Shown here in pieces: positions 50,448-64,000 of a stretch of DNA of 64,000 nt. Every line of letters begins with the position of its first letter. Position 1 is the first letter of the stretch. Location: NCBI RefSeq assembly GCF_009914755.1, contig NC_060926.1, one strand, 5' to 3'. The translations under genes were made by a program, and so were the position numbers. The notes beneath the pieces were generated by a model, which searched no databases, was not told where the DNA came from, and saw only the letters and a list, made by a program, of their open reading frames with translations. The DNA is from the human T2T-CHM13v2.0 reference genome, Homo sapiens.

Positions 50448-53232
50448 TCAGATAACTAAAAAAAGTTAAATAATTAAGCTTATATAATAGCTATCTGATT
50501 GTATATCTAGACTTGGATTTAATTAACATTTCTAACCTCTCTTTGTCAGCAACTATATATTATTAAATTTAAAAGTGAAGAACTCTAATTATTTTTTTAA
50601 ATTATTCATTCTACAGCATATCAATGAACTTATTTCCAAATTTAGCAAACTATTATCATTCCAATTCCCGCAGCCCCTGCAACACATAAAACTTACAATT
50701 AGTTTTCTAAAAGAAAAGAAATTTGATGATGTGGTTCCCCATCACCATTTTCTACAGGTAAAATTGAAATGTAAATTATATCATTAATTTAATTCATCAG
50801 AATATTTACTGTATGACAGGCCCTTTTCTAGGCATGGGGTTGGGAGTGTGAGGGAGATATTGCAAATTTTAACCAGACTGACTTGTCACCTTTGAGGAGC
50901 CCCCAGGCAATAGGAAAGACAGGTCATTAAACACCATTGAAGGTGAAGGAAGTATGAGATCTGCAAACAGGACAGAATAAGGCTCGCAGGGTCTGGAAGA
51001 ACAACTGGGGAGGAAGATAGGAAGAATCTCAGGGATTGAATCAGGGCCGAGTAGAAGGTGTCCACACAACATCATAGAAGAATTATGAAGGTACGTTGCT
51101 GCAAAGTTGATCACAAATCATGCCTTAGTACATAATTTTAATTTACAAACTACTTTAGAAAAAGTGGATGTCTACTCAACATTTTCAGAGGGCAAATAAG
51201 ATACAAACCTAGATTGCAGAGCATTAGATGGTAACGTCTAAGTGCTGTAGGCATGATGTGGGGGAAGAAGGGGAGAGCACTGACCTGGATCTAGAACTTG
51301 AGGGATGGACAAAATTGAAAAGTGAGGAAGAATTTGGCGGAAAGGTGCTAAATGTTGAATGTTGCTGGTGCTGAGAGTATAAGAAGGCATAAGTTACAGC
51401 CTGAGGGTGAAAGACTTTGAATGTTAAGCCAATCAATTAAGATTTTATTTGTGGAATTTCTACAAATCTACAACAACCATATACCCAATAAACGAGTATA
51501 CTCAAATTTTGTTAAAAAATGGTGTTTCTATTCTACTTATCGTACTCCAATGAACCAATAAGGTGACCTTCAAATTTGATGTTCTCTGTTCATTCCAGGT
51601 ATACATACATCTTCAATTTCTCCTGTTTTCTCAGTGTACTTAGTAATCATACCCTCTTACCCTCTCAAAAGTATCTTGGATGATAAATTATTTGGACACC
51701 CTAGTTATACCTTCAACCACCTCTCCTGTCATCTGAAAGATGTGACCACATTCTCTGGGGGCTCTGGCCTATGGAAGTTTGGGCTCCCTGGCTTTGTTTA
51801 CACTTTGCTTTCCTCCAGGTTAGCCTCTAGTTTATTTTGATACTGGCCCCCATACTTTCTCTCTTTTGGATTTGATGTTTGCATATATGGCTTTACTCTT
51901 TTGGCCTTAACCTCAGTTGCTTTGGAAAAGGCCCCATTTATAGCCAAACCTTGCTCAGCAGGAGTGGCACCCCAGTCCTAGCTTTGCATCTGTATTAAAT
52001 GCCTCAACAGGCAGGCCACGCACCAGGAAGCTAGTAGCACAAATGGGAATATTTCTAAAAACAATTGGATTTTTGGTAGTTTTTACAGAGCATTCACACA
52101 GTCAATTTAGTTGAAATTGCTTTTTATTTTGCAGCTGAGTTTTTGGTTTTTGTTTTTATTTCAGATGAAAACATGAAAATCATTGCGATGGATAGGGCCT
52201 CTCTCCATTGTAAAATCTTCCTTTTAACCTGCTTGGACCCCATCCTCCCACTCCTGATTCAGTAGGTCTGGGGTGGGCCCGGGACTGACCCTAACCCTCA
52301 GTATGAAATGGGTGAAACAAAAAGATATATCGATGAGGCCAAAAGAGTAAGAGGTCATCTAGGGATGGGTTTGATCTTGGAGGGTGTTATTAAATTTGAA
52401 CAAGGCCAGGGGAGTAGGATTTAATTGAGTCTAATTAAGGGTGGGTGTTGTAGATGGGGAATAGAATGAAAGCACCACCTGCTCTGGGAATAAGGACTTC
52501 TCTAGAAAGAAACTACATATCCTCACTGGTCGCATGTTCTCTAATTCTACAAGATTGGGATATAATTCTGTTCCTCTACCCATCCTGTCCTGGCCATGAA
52601 ACAACACTTGGCCTTATATCTTCTCCTATTCTGTGGACTTTCTAAGAGGACTTGGACTACCACCAGAAGTACTCAATAATACCAGCACAATTTGTGCCCT
52701 TTTACTTGATTTCAACTCTTTCCATATGTACTAAATACCAAGGAAGATGAAGAAAAGGAGGTATTGTCATTTACCATATGCCAATAGCTTTACGTCTTCA
52801 TTCTAGGTGCTTTACATAAATAATAACCTTTGATTATCATAAAGATCAACACTAGCAGGTGATGTCAATTATCTCTTATTTTAAATGAGAAAACTGAGGC
52901 TCAAAGTGTTTTTGAGAAATCGCTTAAAGAACTACTAGTAAAAGTGGGAATCAAATGCCAGTTCATTCTAGTGCAACACACTGACTCATAGAGCTGCCTC
53001 TGGAAGATTCTATTAGAAACAAAAAAGTTCAATAACCTTTGGTTCCTGCACTCCCAACAGATTACAATCTAGCAGGGAAGCAAGTGCACATAAATCTATC
53101 CTGAACAGTAGCAACGTACCCAGAAAACATACTGCATAACCCTTCAGGATTCAGCTCAAACATCCCATTGCCTAAGAATCATTCCACAAATATTTCCGTC
53201 ACAAGTATTGCTCTCTAGTTTCCACAGCATGA

Positions 53233-53263
<31 letters not shown>

Positions 53264-53285
53264 AATATGTAAGTGTGTGAGAGGG

Positions 53286-53319
<34 letters not shown>
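53233..53319. repeat. Compound (GT)n and (AT)n microsatellites within an L2 fragment
   Basis: GT run ~53233-53258 and AT run ~53290-53319. Confidence 0.95.
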
Positions 53320-53322
<3 letters not shown>

Positions 53323-56239
53323 CACTTACCTGCTTTTATAAGTTGAAATTACTTGCTTATTTTTCTGTCTTCTCAACTGAGCATGAATTTTTTGGAAGGA
53401 GACAGGAGGAAGATGTGTGTTAGGAGGTGGTAATTAATCACTATGTCCCCAGTACAAAGCACAGTATACAGTACATAATTAACAAAACAAATGTCTAGTG
53501 AATAAATATATGAAACCGAGAGAGAGAGAGAGAGAAATCAACTGACCTACTGTATTTGTGAATTATGATGTGTCCTATGTTAAACCATCCTATACTCTAA
53601 TTAGACCCCCTATTTTGACATTTTAATGTACTACTAGAAAATTATATGAAATATAACATTATCATGCTAAGTTCTCATTCACTATATTTTTATTCAAGGA
53701 ATAGTCATTGAATGTCTTAGAAACCACTTCCCACCTCAGGTGTTAGGAGTATAAATGCAAATACAATGAGAGTCGTGTCCTCAAGGGACTCGCAGCTGGT
53801 TTAATGACTTTATGAAGATGCATGGCACAGTTCTGTCCCAATGGTAATCCTGTTTATGGGGTCTGTGGGCTCCATTTCTTAACTAGCTTGTGGCAGTTAT
53901 CACTTTGCCAGGCACATAGAGGGTGTGCAGAGAATTCTTGCCAATGGGGAGGGCTGCACACCGCTCGGCTGTGGGGTTGCGTCAGTGACGGAACAGGAAA
54001 AGGGAAGGGGAATCACCCTATTTTCTGGAACATAACCCACCAGGAGGACTTTGCTGAGTGTATATTTGGGTACAGAATCTTTAGCAAAATAATATGGAAT
54101 GATACATTTCATATGCTATAACCAGGTTCTCTCTGAATGAAACAACGCCCCCTGACACCCTCTCACTGTTTCCCTAAGGATTTTCCTGGTGTGTGGGTTG
54201 GAGTATAACACAATTTGGGAGCCCTTCCAGATTTTCCATCTCAGCAAGCATGTATATGTACTCACGAACACTAGCAAGAAAAAGACAAAAAAAAAAAAAA
54301 CTCCACACTTTTTAAAGGAAAAAATGAGAGCTCTTATTTTTCTTTGCTCTCAGGAACCCAATTCTGGGTAAAGCAAATTTGCTGTGAATATGGAAGCAGC
54401 ATAATCAGTGCCTTGGACATTGGCTCATGTGACTGTAACTGAGGGGTGGGCCTCTGCCCTGCTATGAGGGGAAAGCCTTCCTTCTGGTGCCGCTGGGTTA
54501 CAGGAAAAATATGCTTGAGGTCCAAGGGGAGCATGTATCCAGGCACAGATGGTACGTGACGTGGCAGATCTTGGCTGGAGAAACTCCAGCCAGTTTTAGT
54601 TCTGCTGGTGGGGACTCCAGGAAAATCCAAGCTCCTACTTTGCCAATCCAGGAGGTATCATCACAGCCTTTGCTTCTGAATTAAGCCATGAAGCTTCCTG
54701 GAATGGGAAATACCTCATCAAGAGAATATCGACCTAAAAGCAAGGCAACCAGTCTCCTCCAAAAAATAAAAATTTTAAACAATAAAGCCCAGGGAGTTGA
54801 TATTTTCCCATTCTTTACCCTCTGAAGTGGTAGAAAAGACAACTGGTTTACAACCATCTTTGCTTTCCATGTCTGATGCTGCAGCTGCTGCCATGGAAGC
54901 TGAAATGTAAAAGATAATAATTCCCTACTAAACCTACAAAAGCCTTTCACAAGCTTCCTTCTGCTTCAGTATTCTCTCAAAGCATCTCAAAAGAGAGCAA
55001 CTTCAACAAGATTTTTTTGAAACAGAAAAACAGCCAGGTACCCCAACAGGGGAAGGGGCCTGGAGGTGCAATCCTGACATCTGAGTCCAGGTTTTGCTAC
55101 TAACCAGCAAATCACTTTACATCTGTGAGCTTCACTGCTCTCATCCATTAAATGGGATGACAATCTTACAGCATTGCTGTGAGATGCTGTTCATCTTTAT
55201 CACCTTTGAAGTTTAATGAAAGTGCTAGCTATTATTAATGATGCTGAAACAACCACTACTCGTTTAAATGTCATCTCCTTTTCATTTCAGGGATTCTTTT
55301 CCCTGCTGCATCTGCCTGCTTATCAGAGGCTCCTGGGATTCTGAGAGCGATCTTCTACAGGAAGCCGTTGAGAAGGGCATTGGGTCTTTTGTTACCAGGC
55401 ACAATGAAGGCAAGTTGTTTTTGAGATTTTAGCTTCGAAAATGTGGTCAAAAAGTGCTCAGTTTGGGGCCAATTCAGGAGCTTCGTTTTTGGTTTCTCAT
55501 TTGGGGAAGCTCCTTGAGGGTGGAGGTGCCGTCTGTTTTGATCATGGCTCCATTTGCCTGCTGATGCTCAGGAAACGTCGGGTGGTGAATAAATGTAGGG
55601 CACTGGGGAGCCTGGAAGAAATTCAAGGCATCTCTTCCTGTATCCATGAGTTTATTATTGAATCCACTTTAAACAAGACCAGTCTCTATTTAGGCTCTCT
55701 TTCTATAATGAATATTTCCTCAAGAATAGCTTATTTTCACATAAAGTTTCCACCTGCCCTCTTTTCAATTAGAGCTGTGGAAAAACTGAAACACAACACA
55801 GCAACAACAAAACCCCGAGTGGTGAAAAATGCCGACTAAGGCCCTGCCACATGACCAGGGTTGAAGTCCTGGAGCTGCTATCAGTTGGATGACCTTGGAC
55901 AAGTTAATGCACCTCCCTGAGACTTAGTTTCCTTATCTATAAAATAGAAATAATATGAGTACCTGCCATTTGGAGAACATTTGAAGGTCAAAATGTGAAA
56001 CTTAATATCAAGTTCTTTAAATAGTGTCTGGCATGTGACTAAGGATCTACAAATTATTATCATGAGGGCAATGTCTAGACTTTTAAGACAAGCTGCCTCT
56101 GTCTCCAGGCTGTGGGAACACTGCATTTCAGGGCCTTTGGAAGTCTTGGAACTCCAGGAACAGATCCCAAGCCAGGCTAATCTGCTTCTGTTGGGAACAG
56201 GGACGGCCCACAGTGGATGCTGCTGGTGGAAATAGGCTC

Positions 56240-57185
56240 CTGACCCAAATCTACCCCAAGCCATCTTCAACTCCCTTGTAGATGTCCCTGGAGAACTTCT
56301 CAATTAGCATGTCCAAGTTTGACCCAAGTACTGTCAGAGTTCCTATCTTGGTCAGCAATGATATCATCCCTATTGTTCACCCCTGTCGGAAGCATGAGCC
56401 CCTTTCTAGCCTCCTCCCTCTCGCTCCGAGCCAGGAGGTCATCAAGACCTCCTGAATCCATCTCCTTGCCACATCTAGAAGCCTAGAAGCCAACCCCTCC
56501 TCCTATGTTCCTCTGTTGAGCAGGCTTTCTCGTCCCTCACACTGTGAGCTGGTCTCCTTATCTTTAGTCTCACAATCTGGTGCTATTAGAAAGTCAGTCC
56601 TTCCTCCTGCTCACAGCTATGGAATTAGTCATCTTAAGTAACAGATACGACCCCGCCCACTCTTCTCAAAGTCCTCATGTGGCCCTTCCTGGTCCAGGAT
56701 AAAGGGCACAGCCCTCATTGTTGTGTGTGGGTCTCAGGAGCTCTGGCCCTGCTCTGCTAGCCTTCCAGCCTCTTTCCCACCACACCCCTCCCACCCTCTG
56801 CTCTGCCAGCAGAGGACACCCCTGTACCTGTCACTAAGCATACCGGCTCCCCTTCATGGAACGCCATACCTGATCAACTTTCCCTCCTTTACTTAGGCTC
56901 ATTTGATTGTCACTTCCTCTGAGCCTCTTCTGCAGGCCTGAGGTCCTGACCCTCTCCTTCTCACCCTGGTATTTGGGATGATCACTCTTCGTTCTCATAC
57001 TGCTCTGAGCTAGAGACCTTATTGCACGGCATGGTCATTGTGGACTCGCTTTTCCTCTCCCCAGCTGCACTGTGACTCATATAGTAATTGCCAGGATAAT
57101 CTCTCGTTTATCAAAAGCCATGGTATCCAGAGCAGAGCTTGGAACAAAGCACGTAATCACAAAAGGCTTAATAAATGGATGAAAA
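56240..57185 (+). mobile_element. L2 LINE 3' region, highly diverged
   Basis: L2-type text 'acttctcaattagcatgtccaagtttgacc' and 'ccaggataaagggcacagccctca', ending 'ggcttaataaatggatgaa'. Boundaries approximate. Confidence 0.6.
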
Positions 57186-57309
57186 TCACTAATTAATCAA
57201 GTGTCAGGTATGGCTCTTTCCTCCAAGAAATCAATATGAAACAATTAGAGAACATGTAAAATCGTCTGCCTAGCATGCTATGAACGCAGCAGCTACGTGG
57301 GCCACTCTC

Positions 57310-57582
57310 TAAGTCACCTTCTAAGTGAGGCTTTCGCTAATCATCTTACTTAACATGCCCTCCCCCTGCACCCCTCATTCCCCCTTTCTGTTTTCTTTCT
57401 TTCCAAAGCCCTTATCATCATGTAATGTAGTGTGCATTGTACTCCTTATTTTCTTATTTCTTTCTTTATCCCTCTAACTAGAATGTAAGCCTTATAAAGA
57501 CAGGAATTTTGCCTGTTGTGTTCATTGTTGTACCTAGAATGGTACCTGACACACTGTAGGTGCTCAATAATGCTATATGAAG
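57310..57582 (+). mobile_element. L2a LINE 3' end
   Basis: 'ctagaatgtaagccttataaagacaggaattttgcctgttgtgttcattg...cctagaatggtacctgacacactgtaggtgctcaataa'. Confidence 0.85.
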
Positions 57583-57583
57583 G

Positions 57584-57587
57584 AAAA

Positions 57588-57620
<33 letters not shown>

Positions 57621-57691
57621 GAAATAGAAAGATAAAGAAAGAGAGTGAGAGAAAGAAAGCAAAAGAGAGAAAGAGAAAGAAAGGAAGAAAG
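57584..57691. repeat. (GAAA)n/(GA)n purine-rich repeat
   Basis: Directly visible, ~105 bp almost purely A/G on one strand. Confidence 0.92.
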
Positions 57692-60669
57692 ACACTAATG
57701 AACTATTTGTGTTGTGGCTGACAGGTTTGTTAGAAAAGGGAGCAATTGTTTTAACCTAAAGGCTCCTGACTCTTTTGAAGTTCAAGGTCCATTAATCCAA
57801 TTTTAATTGTTTATATTTATCAAAAAGAACACCTTTGTTGGTGAAATTATCTACTTATATTAGTTTCAGGATAAGCTGATAGACGGGTCAAATGCTATTC
57901 ATATAAAATTAAAATATCAAACCAAGTTGTTCCGGAGACAGGTAATAATAACAAGAAGAATCAATAACATGGCCAAATATTGTATAGCTTTTACCTTGTC
58001 CTAGGCACTGTTCCAAGTCTATATGAACCTATGTGAACTGATTTAGTCATCACTCGAATCCTATGAATCAGTATTATCACTATCTCCATTTAACAGAGAA
58101 AAACACTGAGGTGCAGAGATGTTAAGTAATTCACTGCATGTCACAGAGTTGCAATGGGTGTAATCAATGATTCAAGCTAGATTCGAGAAAATATAATAGT
58201 TGAGACAAAAAACTTAGGTTCAAGTCTTGCTTCTTAACAGTTGAGTCTCTTGGGCAAGCAACTTTATCTTCCAAAGATCAGTAACCTCAAGTACAAAATG
58301 ATGATGGTTGTATGCATTCCCACGATTGTTGAAAGACTGAAGAACAATTATATAGGAAAGTGCTATCAAAATGTGAGTTAATATTACTCAGTGGATTTTT
58401 CTCATTATTGCTTCCCTTCCATTCCAAGAAATAGACACTACTGTCATTTGCCATTAATTAAGGAGGCCCTGGGTGTGTTTTCCAAGAATTGTTATGAGTT
58501 GTCTGTCATGCTCCAAAGTAGTCTGTGGCTCAAGAGTGAAAAAACCTTTTTTTCTGAAAGGTAGAGGTCATCTTCTCAGGCCACAACCAGGGCAAATGCT
58601 CCCAGATCCCTTCATTATAACAGGGAAAGAGTATGACAGTTGACATCAAAAGGCATGGATTTGTAGAACACCTCTGCCACTTAATGCAGATCTTCTTTCA
58701 GTGCTCAAGCGGGTCCTGCTGCAGGGCCTTTGCACTTGCTAGTCCCTTTACTCAAAATGGACTAAATTAACTCCAACTTTGCATGCCACTTCCCCAGAGA
58801 GGCTTTCCCTGGCCTCCAGTACTCACCAGGCCACTTGACTCCATGTTTGCAGTTACCTTGTGCACCTCTGCAATCCCAGCGACAGCCGTTACAAAATCAC
58901 TTGCAGCCAATGGCTGTCTTTCCCAGTGCAATGTAAATTTGATGAGGTCAAGGGCAACCTCTGACTTTGCCAGCATCATAACCCAGTGCCCATTGTAACT
59001 ACAACATCTTGAATGTAACAGGTGCTTATTAAATATTTTGACCGTAAGAGAGCACCAATTAGGTCCCCTTGAGAATGTCTAGAGCCCTCTGAAGCTTGGT
59101 TTCCATATATTTACTTCCTATTTGAATTATTATGGTGAGCACGTGGAATCTGCAAGCTCTTTAGTCATATAACGTTAACATCACAGCTAGGGAATAAGAT
59201 GCCACAGCTTCTATACAAAGCATTTTAGAAGGTGAGACATGCATTCAAAGATACAAACAAATAGGCATGCATATCAAGGGCTGAATTAATTTGGAGTAAA
59301 AAAAATAAAGCCAGGAGAAAAAAGAAGACATATGCTAATGTTGAGGGCCCAAGAACTTCCAAGATGTATATAAAAATATCTTTGGAATTGTTGGAGGCCT
59401 TTCAGTATGAATCGGGTTACACTGGAGTTATAGTTGGAATTTGCCAATCCACTAAGTGGTGTTTCACATTGACCACGGAGATGAATTCTAGCTTACTGTA
59501 AATAGAATGAAGATATCTTTCTTGTTAAATTATTTATTGCACATTACATCTGGCCCCAAGCAATGACATTTTTAGGTTCCACAAAGGTAGCTGTGGATAG
59601 TCTATTGTCATTACATAAAGGAAACTCTGAGGGTTTATGTTATAAAATATAAACTATGTGATCATTAACCACCAAATAGCACAGGGGGTTACTCCATTGT
59701 GGCAGTGTGGGAGACTAGAAATAGATTGCTGTATCTTCTCTCAAACACCTGCCCAGATTTTTCATAAAGATCCACCAATCAATTTTTTTCAATTCTGTAG
59801 AATATGTGAAAAGCAAACTCTCCTCTCCTCTGCTTGTGAATCAGATTTTGCTTCCCAGTGCCTACAGAGAGAGAGACTCAGGCTCTAGAGGATCCCTCTA
59901 ACTGGAGTGGAAATACAGCCTAGGCCCCTGATAGCTTCAAGTCATAAAAAATAGATTAGGAAAGCCTTTTGCATTGCCTCCCTCTAACCGCAATGGGGTT
60001 GGGATTGAGGGAGATACTAAATAGAGACACTCCTCATATACCTCTTTTTGTATAGATATAGATTTGTGATTTTTTTTATTTGAGAAGCCACCCTTTACCC
60101 CCAAATTTTTATTCATTTTCTTGCTTCTGTTTCCTTTGATCTTTTTCAATTTTTAGTTAAATGGTACGTTCATTCATGTAGTGATATATTAGGCAAACAT
60201 TTATTAATCCCTATTATGAGCAAGGCACTGTACTAAATTTCCTGCACACGCAGGTGACCCTATCGGCCTTCCTTCAGTGTCCCCAGTTCCCCCACTCAGC
60301 CTGGGCACCGTACACACAGCCCCTGATCCTGAAAGCTTCCCCCCTTCCACTCTCCAGTGCCGTCATCCTTCAGATCTTAGCTCAGATGTTACTTGCTCAG
60401 GGAATCCATCTGGAACCTCAGGCTGGCTCCAGTCGCACTGGTACCTCACCTTCGACACCACAGTCTGAGCTCCCATTCTCTCTCTGCATAATTCCTCTTC
60501 AGAACCTTGCGGACATCCCACGAGAGCTGAGTCAAATCTGTCTGTCCTGCTAAGCTACAGGCTCCCAGTGGGCAAGTTCTAGGCTTGTCTTATTCATCAT
60601 TATAAACCCTGTGCTTAGCATGATACCCAGCACGTGTACTTATAGATGAATGTATTTGCAGGATGAATG

Positions 60670-61060
60670 ACCTGTTTACAAATAACCACAAAATTGACAG
60701 TGGCTTCTGTGGCCAAAGCTTGTTCCTCACTCACCACACAGGTGTATGACTCCCTTGGGCAGCACTCCACAAAGTAGCTGTCCTCTAGGTGGTTGCCAAG
60801 GGACCTCTGCTGTTTCTATTATGTGCCTGCACCATTCCCACCATTTTCTGGCAGGAGCTGAGCTACTGTCATCAGCTGGCAGATGGAGAGCAGAGTGTGT
60901 TGGGAGGTCACCTCATCTGGAAGGGATGCATGTCATGCCATTCTCATCCAGGGTCCTTAGGCCAGGTTATTCGCACAACTAGCCCAGGGCAAGGACGGCT
61001 GGTCAATGGAGGGAGCTCCTTGTTATTAGTGAGCCTGGCTGGGCTCTGCCACAGGCACTG
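60670..61060 (-). mobile_element. Old MLT1 (MLT1K-like) LTR relic
   Basis: 'acaaataaccacaaaattgacagtggctt...gcttgttcctcactcac' start. Boundaries approximate. Confidence 0.5.
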
Positions 61061-61184
61061 ACAAGAGTGGTGAAGACCGTGACAGATAAAAGCATGGAGG
61101 TGTGCACAGAAGTTAAGCAAACGGCATAAATGGTGGCTCAGAGAGGGGACAACAAAAATTACATAGCTAAGGGTTTAAGAGGAG

Positions 61185-61539
61185 TGTATTAGTCCGTTTT
61201 CATGCTGCTGATAAAGACATATTTGAGACTGGGAAATTTACAAAAGAAAGAGGTTTAATTGGACTCACAGCTCCATATGGCTGAGGAGGCCTCACAATCA
61301 TGGCAGAACACAAGGAGAAGCAAGTCACATCTTACATGGATGGCAGCAGGCAAAGAGAGAGCTTGAGCAGGGAAACTCCCCCTTATATTACCATCAGATC
61401 TCATGAGACTTATTCACTATCATGAGAACAGCATGAGAAAGACTTGCACCCATGATTCAGTTACCTCCCACTGGGTCCCTCTCACAACATGTGGAAATTC
61501 AAGATGAGATTTGGGTGGGGACACAGCAAAACCATATCA
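61185..61539 (-). mobile_element. THE1B MaLR solo LTR
   Basis: tgtattagtccgttttcatgctgctgataaagacata ... accatatca. TSD AGGAG (61180-61184, 61540-61544). Confidence 0.95.
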
Positions 61540-62251
61540 AGGAGCCATAAGAAATACCAGGGATACCTTTAAAGACGTTTGGTGTCTAAGGGACTATAAT
61601 CTGGAGGAAAGAATGAACAAATCATTGAATAGGCAGATGAATGGATGAATGGCTGGGGAGCTTGGACGTTCCTTTAGAGGTTTGCAAGTTTGACTCGCCC
61701 TCTGGTCATCTCAGCATCCTGTTCTCCCTCCACACAGTCAATGAAGCAGCCACATTAGGAACCGCAGTGAAGAGAGAGCCCTGGGCACCAGCGGGGAGAG
61801 GTCAGCCCACTCCACTGAGCATCCTGTCCCTCTGGAGATGTTCTTTGAGACACTTCCCATGTTGCATTCCTTCACTTGTGGATTTAGACTCTCACCTTCC
61901 AGCCTGACAATAGGGACAGATGTGGGAAAAGAAATACATGTTCTCCCCAGTTGTAGAGCAAATGGCTTCTCAAAATGTGTGTATGGGCAGCACAATGGAA
62001 TTTAAACTCCAAAGGGAAGTTGAAGCTCATAGAGACCAGCCCTTTCACAGGGGTGATGAAGACACAGAAGCCCCAAGAGGGCCCTGCCACCTGCTGGGAA
62101 GAGTAGAACCACCACTCGGTCTCTCACCAGCTGAAATGGATTCTAGGGAATCATACCTAGCCCTGTGAGAATGATCTAGGATGTGAGAAGATGCCACATG
62201 CTAGGGCAGATAAGGAAGGCTACATTTCACCAATGAAGGAAGCCGGATTAG

Positions 62252-62591
<340 letters not shown>

Positions 62592-64000
62592 CAGAGCTGC
62601 AATTTTAATGGAGGTGTCAGAGGAGGCCTCAGGGCTTGCAGGTCATGAGGGGTTCACCATATGGGCAGTGGGGCAGAGTCTCTAGACAGTAAATGGGAAG
62701 GCCCAAAGGCAGGGGTGAGCCACATTGGGGAAGAGTAAACAAGACACAAAGGGAAGAGTCAAAATGGAAAAAACTGGACCACACAGAGCTTTGAAGGCTT
62801 CTGGAATGAGTTTAGTGTTCATCCCAGGTGGAACGCGTGCCATGGTGAGGCTGGGAGCAAGATGCGGCATGGAGATCCCAACTTGCGGTGTGAAAAGATC
62901 ACTCTGGCTGGTATGTTGAGAGACACAGTGGGAGCTGAGAGTCAAAGCAGGGAGGCCCTTAGGAGGCTGCTTCAGTAATCCAGGCAGGAATCATGTATTA
63001 AAAAAAAGGAAAAATCAAAACTTACATTGCTCCAGGCACATGCCTCATGGACTGCAATAACAATGGGTTCTTCCCATAAAAACTGTGCAGAGTTGATATT
63101 TGAAAACCCCATTCCATTATTCTGATGGGAAAATGGAATTTGGGAATTAAGACCTTCCCCAGTGTCTCATACTGGAGCTCAGCTTCAAATCCTGACTCCG
63201 CAGCCTTGAGCACCTGCTGCACGCAGCACCCTGCAAGGCATGGAGGAGACTCCACCCTCCGGAGCTCCAGGCTAGCAGCTGATGAGATGGGGAGGGCCAC
63301 ATATGCAAAAGTCAAAGGACAAGAAGATGGGAGAAGCCAACCCTTCTGTGTCTAATGCATGCTCTGCTCCCTCAGAGCTTTTCCCCAGCCAATATACTTC
63401 TCAGGGAGGGACCCATAAGACACGAGGCAGGGCCTGGGAGTAATTTAAGGAAGGCATGGAGGAAAACCGGAAGAGTCAGAAGAAAATAACAACAACAGAA
63501 ACACATCACACAGACTCCAGACTCCAGGGTGTAGAGAAAAAGACAGGAAGGGAGGAATGTAGGACAGAAGGGAGGAAGAACTGGAGTGGGGAAGAGGGGA
63601 AGGGAGGGAAGGAAGGAGAAAGGGAGAGAAGGAAGTCAATGCTCCAGTTCAGGGTCGTGTCTCTATTTCTCTGCCTGGAACACTTGCCTCTCTCCTCCTC
63701 TCTCTCCCTTCATCAATCTTTATCAGAGATGGGGTTATACAGTTTCACACCTTCTTCCTTGGAAAGTAAGTCCATAAAAAGCGAATGAGCTGTGCAGATC
63801 CTGGCCTTCCTCTGCTCTGGTCTGCATTTCACTGGGTTGATGATGCACCCTGCAGTTCCCAGACTCCCCTCTCAGCTGGCTTTGGGCTTCAGTTGGCCAT
63901 AGTGTCTTGGAGGAGAGCTAGGAAAGGGCAAGAAAGAAAAAGTCTGGGTTGTTTTCCTTTTCCCTCTTCCCTTCAGCCTTTCCAACCCCTGCCCCTTGAC

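Noticed and set aside
52285-52300. Interstitial telomere-like CCCTAACCCT at the end of a MER5 fragment
   Set aside because: Under two perfect units, too short to distinguish from chance.
54143-54160. CTCF-like site (reverse strand GTCAGGGGGCG)
   Set aside because: Only the 3' half of the core matches. It cannot be supported without ChIP data.

Overview
Primate, probably human, non-coding genomic DNA. It carries 13 Alu copies, many ancient MIR/L2 fragments, solo LTRs and DNA-transposon relics. I could not recognise a host protein-coding exon, RNA gene or CpG island. The dominant feature is a ~5.9-kb two-LTR HERV-H provirus (7435-13359, + strand, TSD GCTAC, His-tRNA PBS) of the common internally deleted, non-coding type. 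Its LTRs carry the duplicated ACAAAAGA SOX motif described for the pluripotency-active LTR7up subfamilies. The provirus sits inside an LTR8 solo LTR, which sits inside a MIR. The least expected structure lies ~10 kb downstream (22.7-26.0 kb): a 179-bp inverted duplication (~92% identity) interlocked with a 185-bp direct duplication (~93%). The inverted arms bracket a candidate 153-nt exon with strong splice sites and a consensus RFX X-box, which could support an LTR7-driven fold-back or circular RNA (inference). Repeat subfamily names are recalled from consensus sequences and identities are hand counts; both need RepeatMasker/Dfam and alignment confirmation. No new protein-based system is evident.
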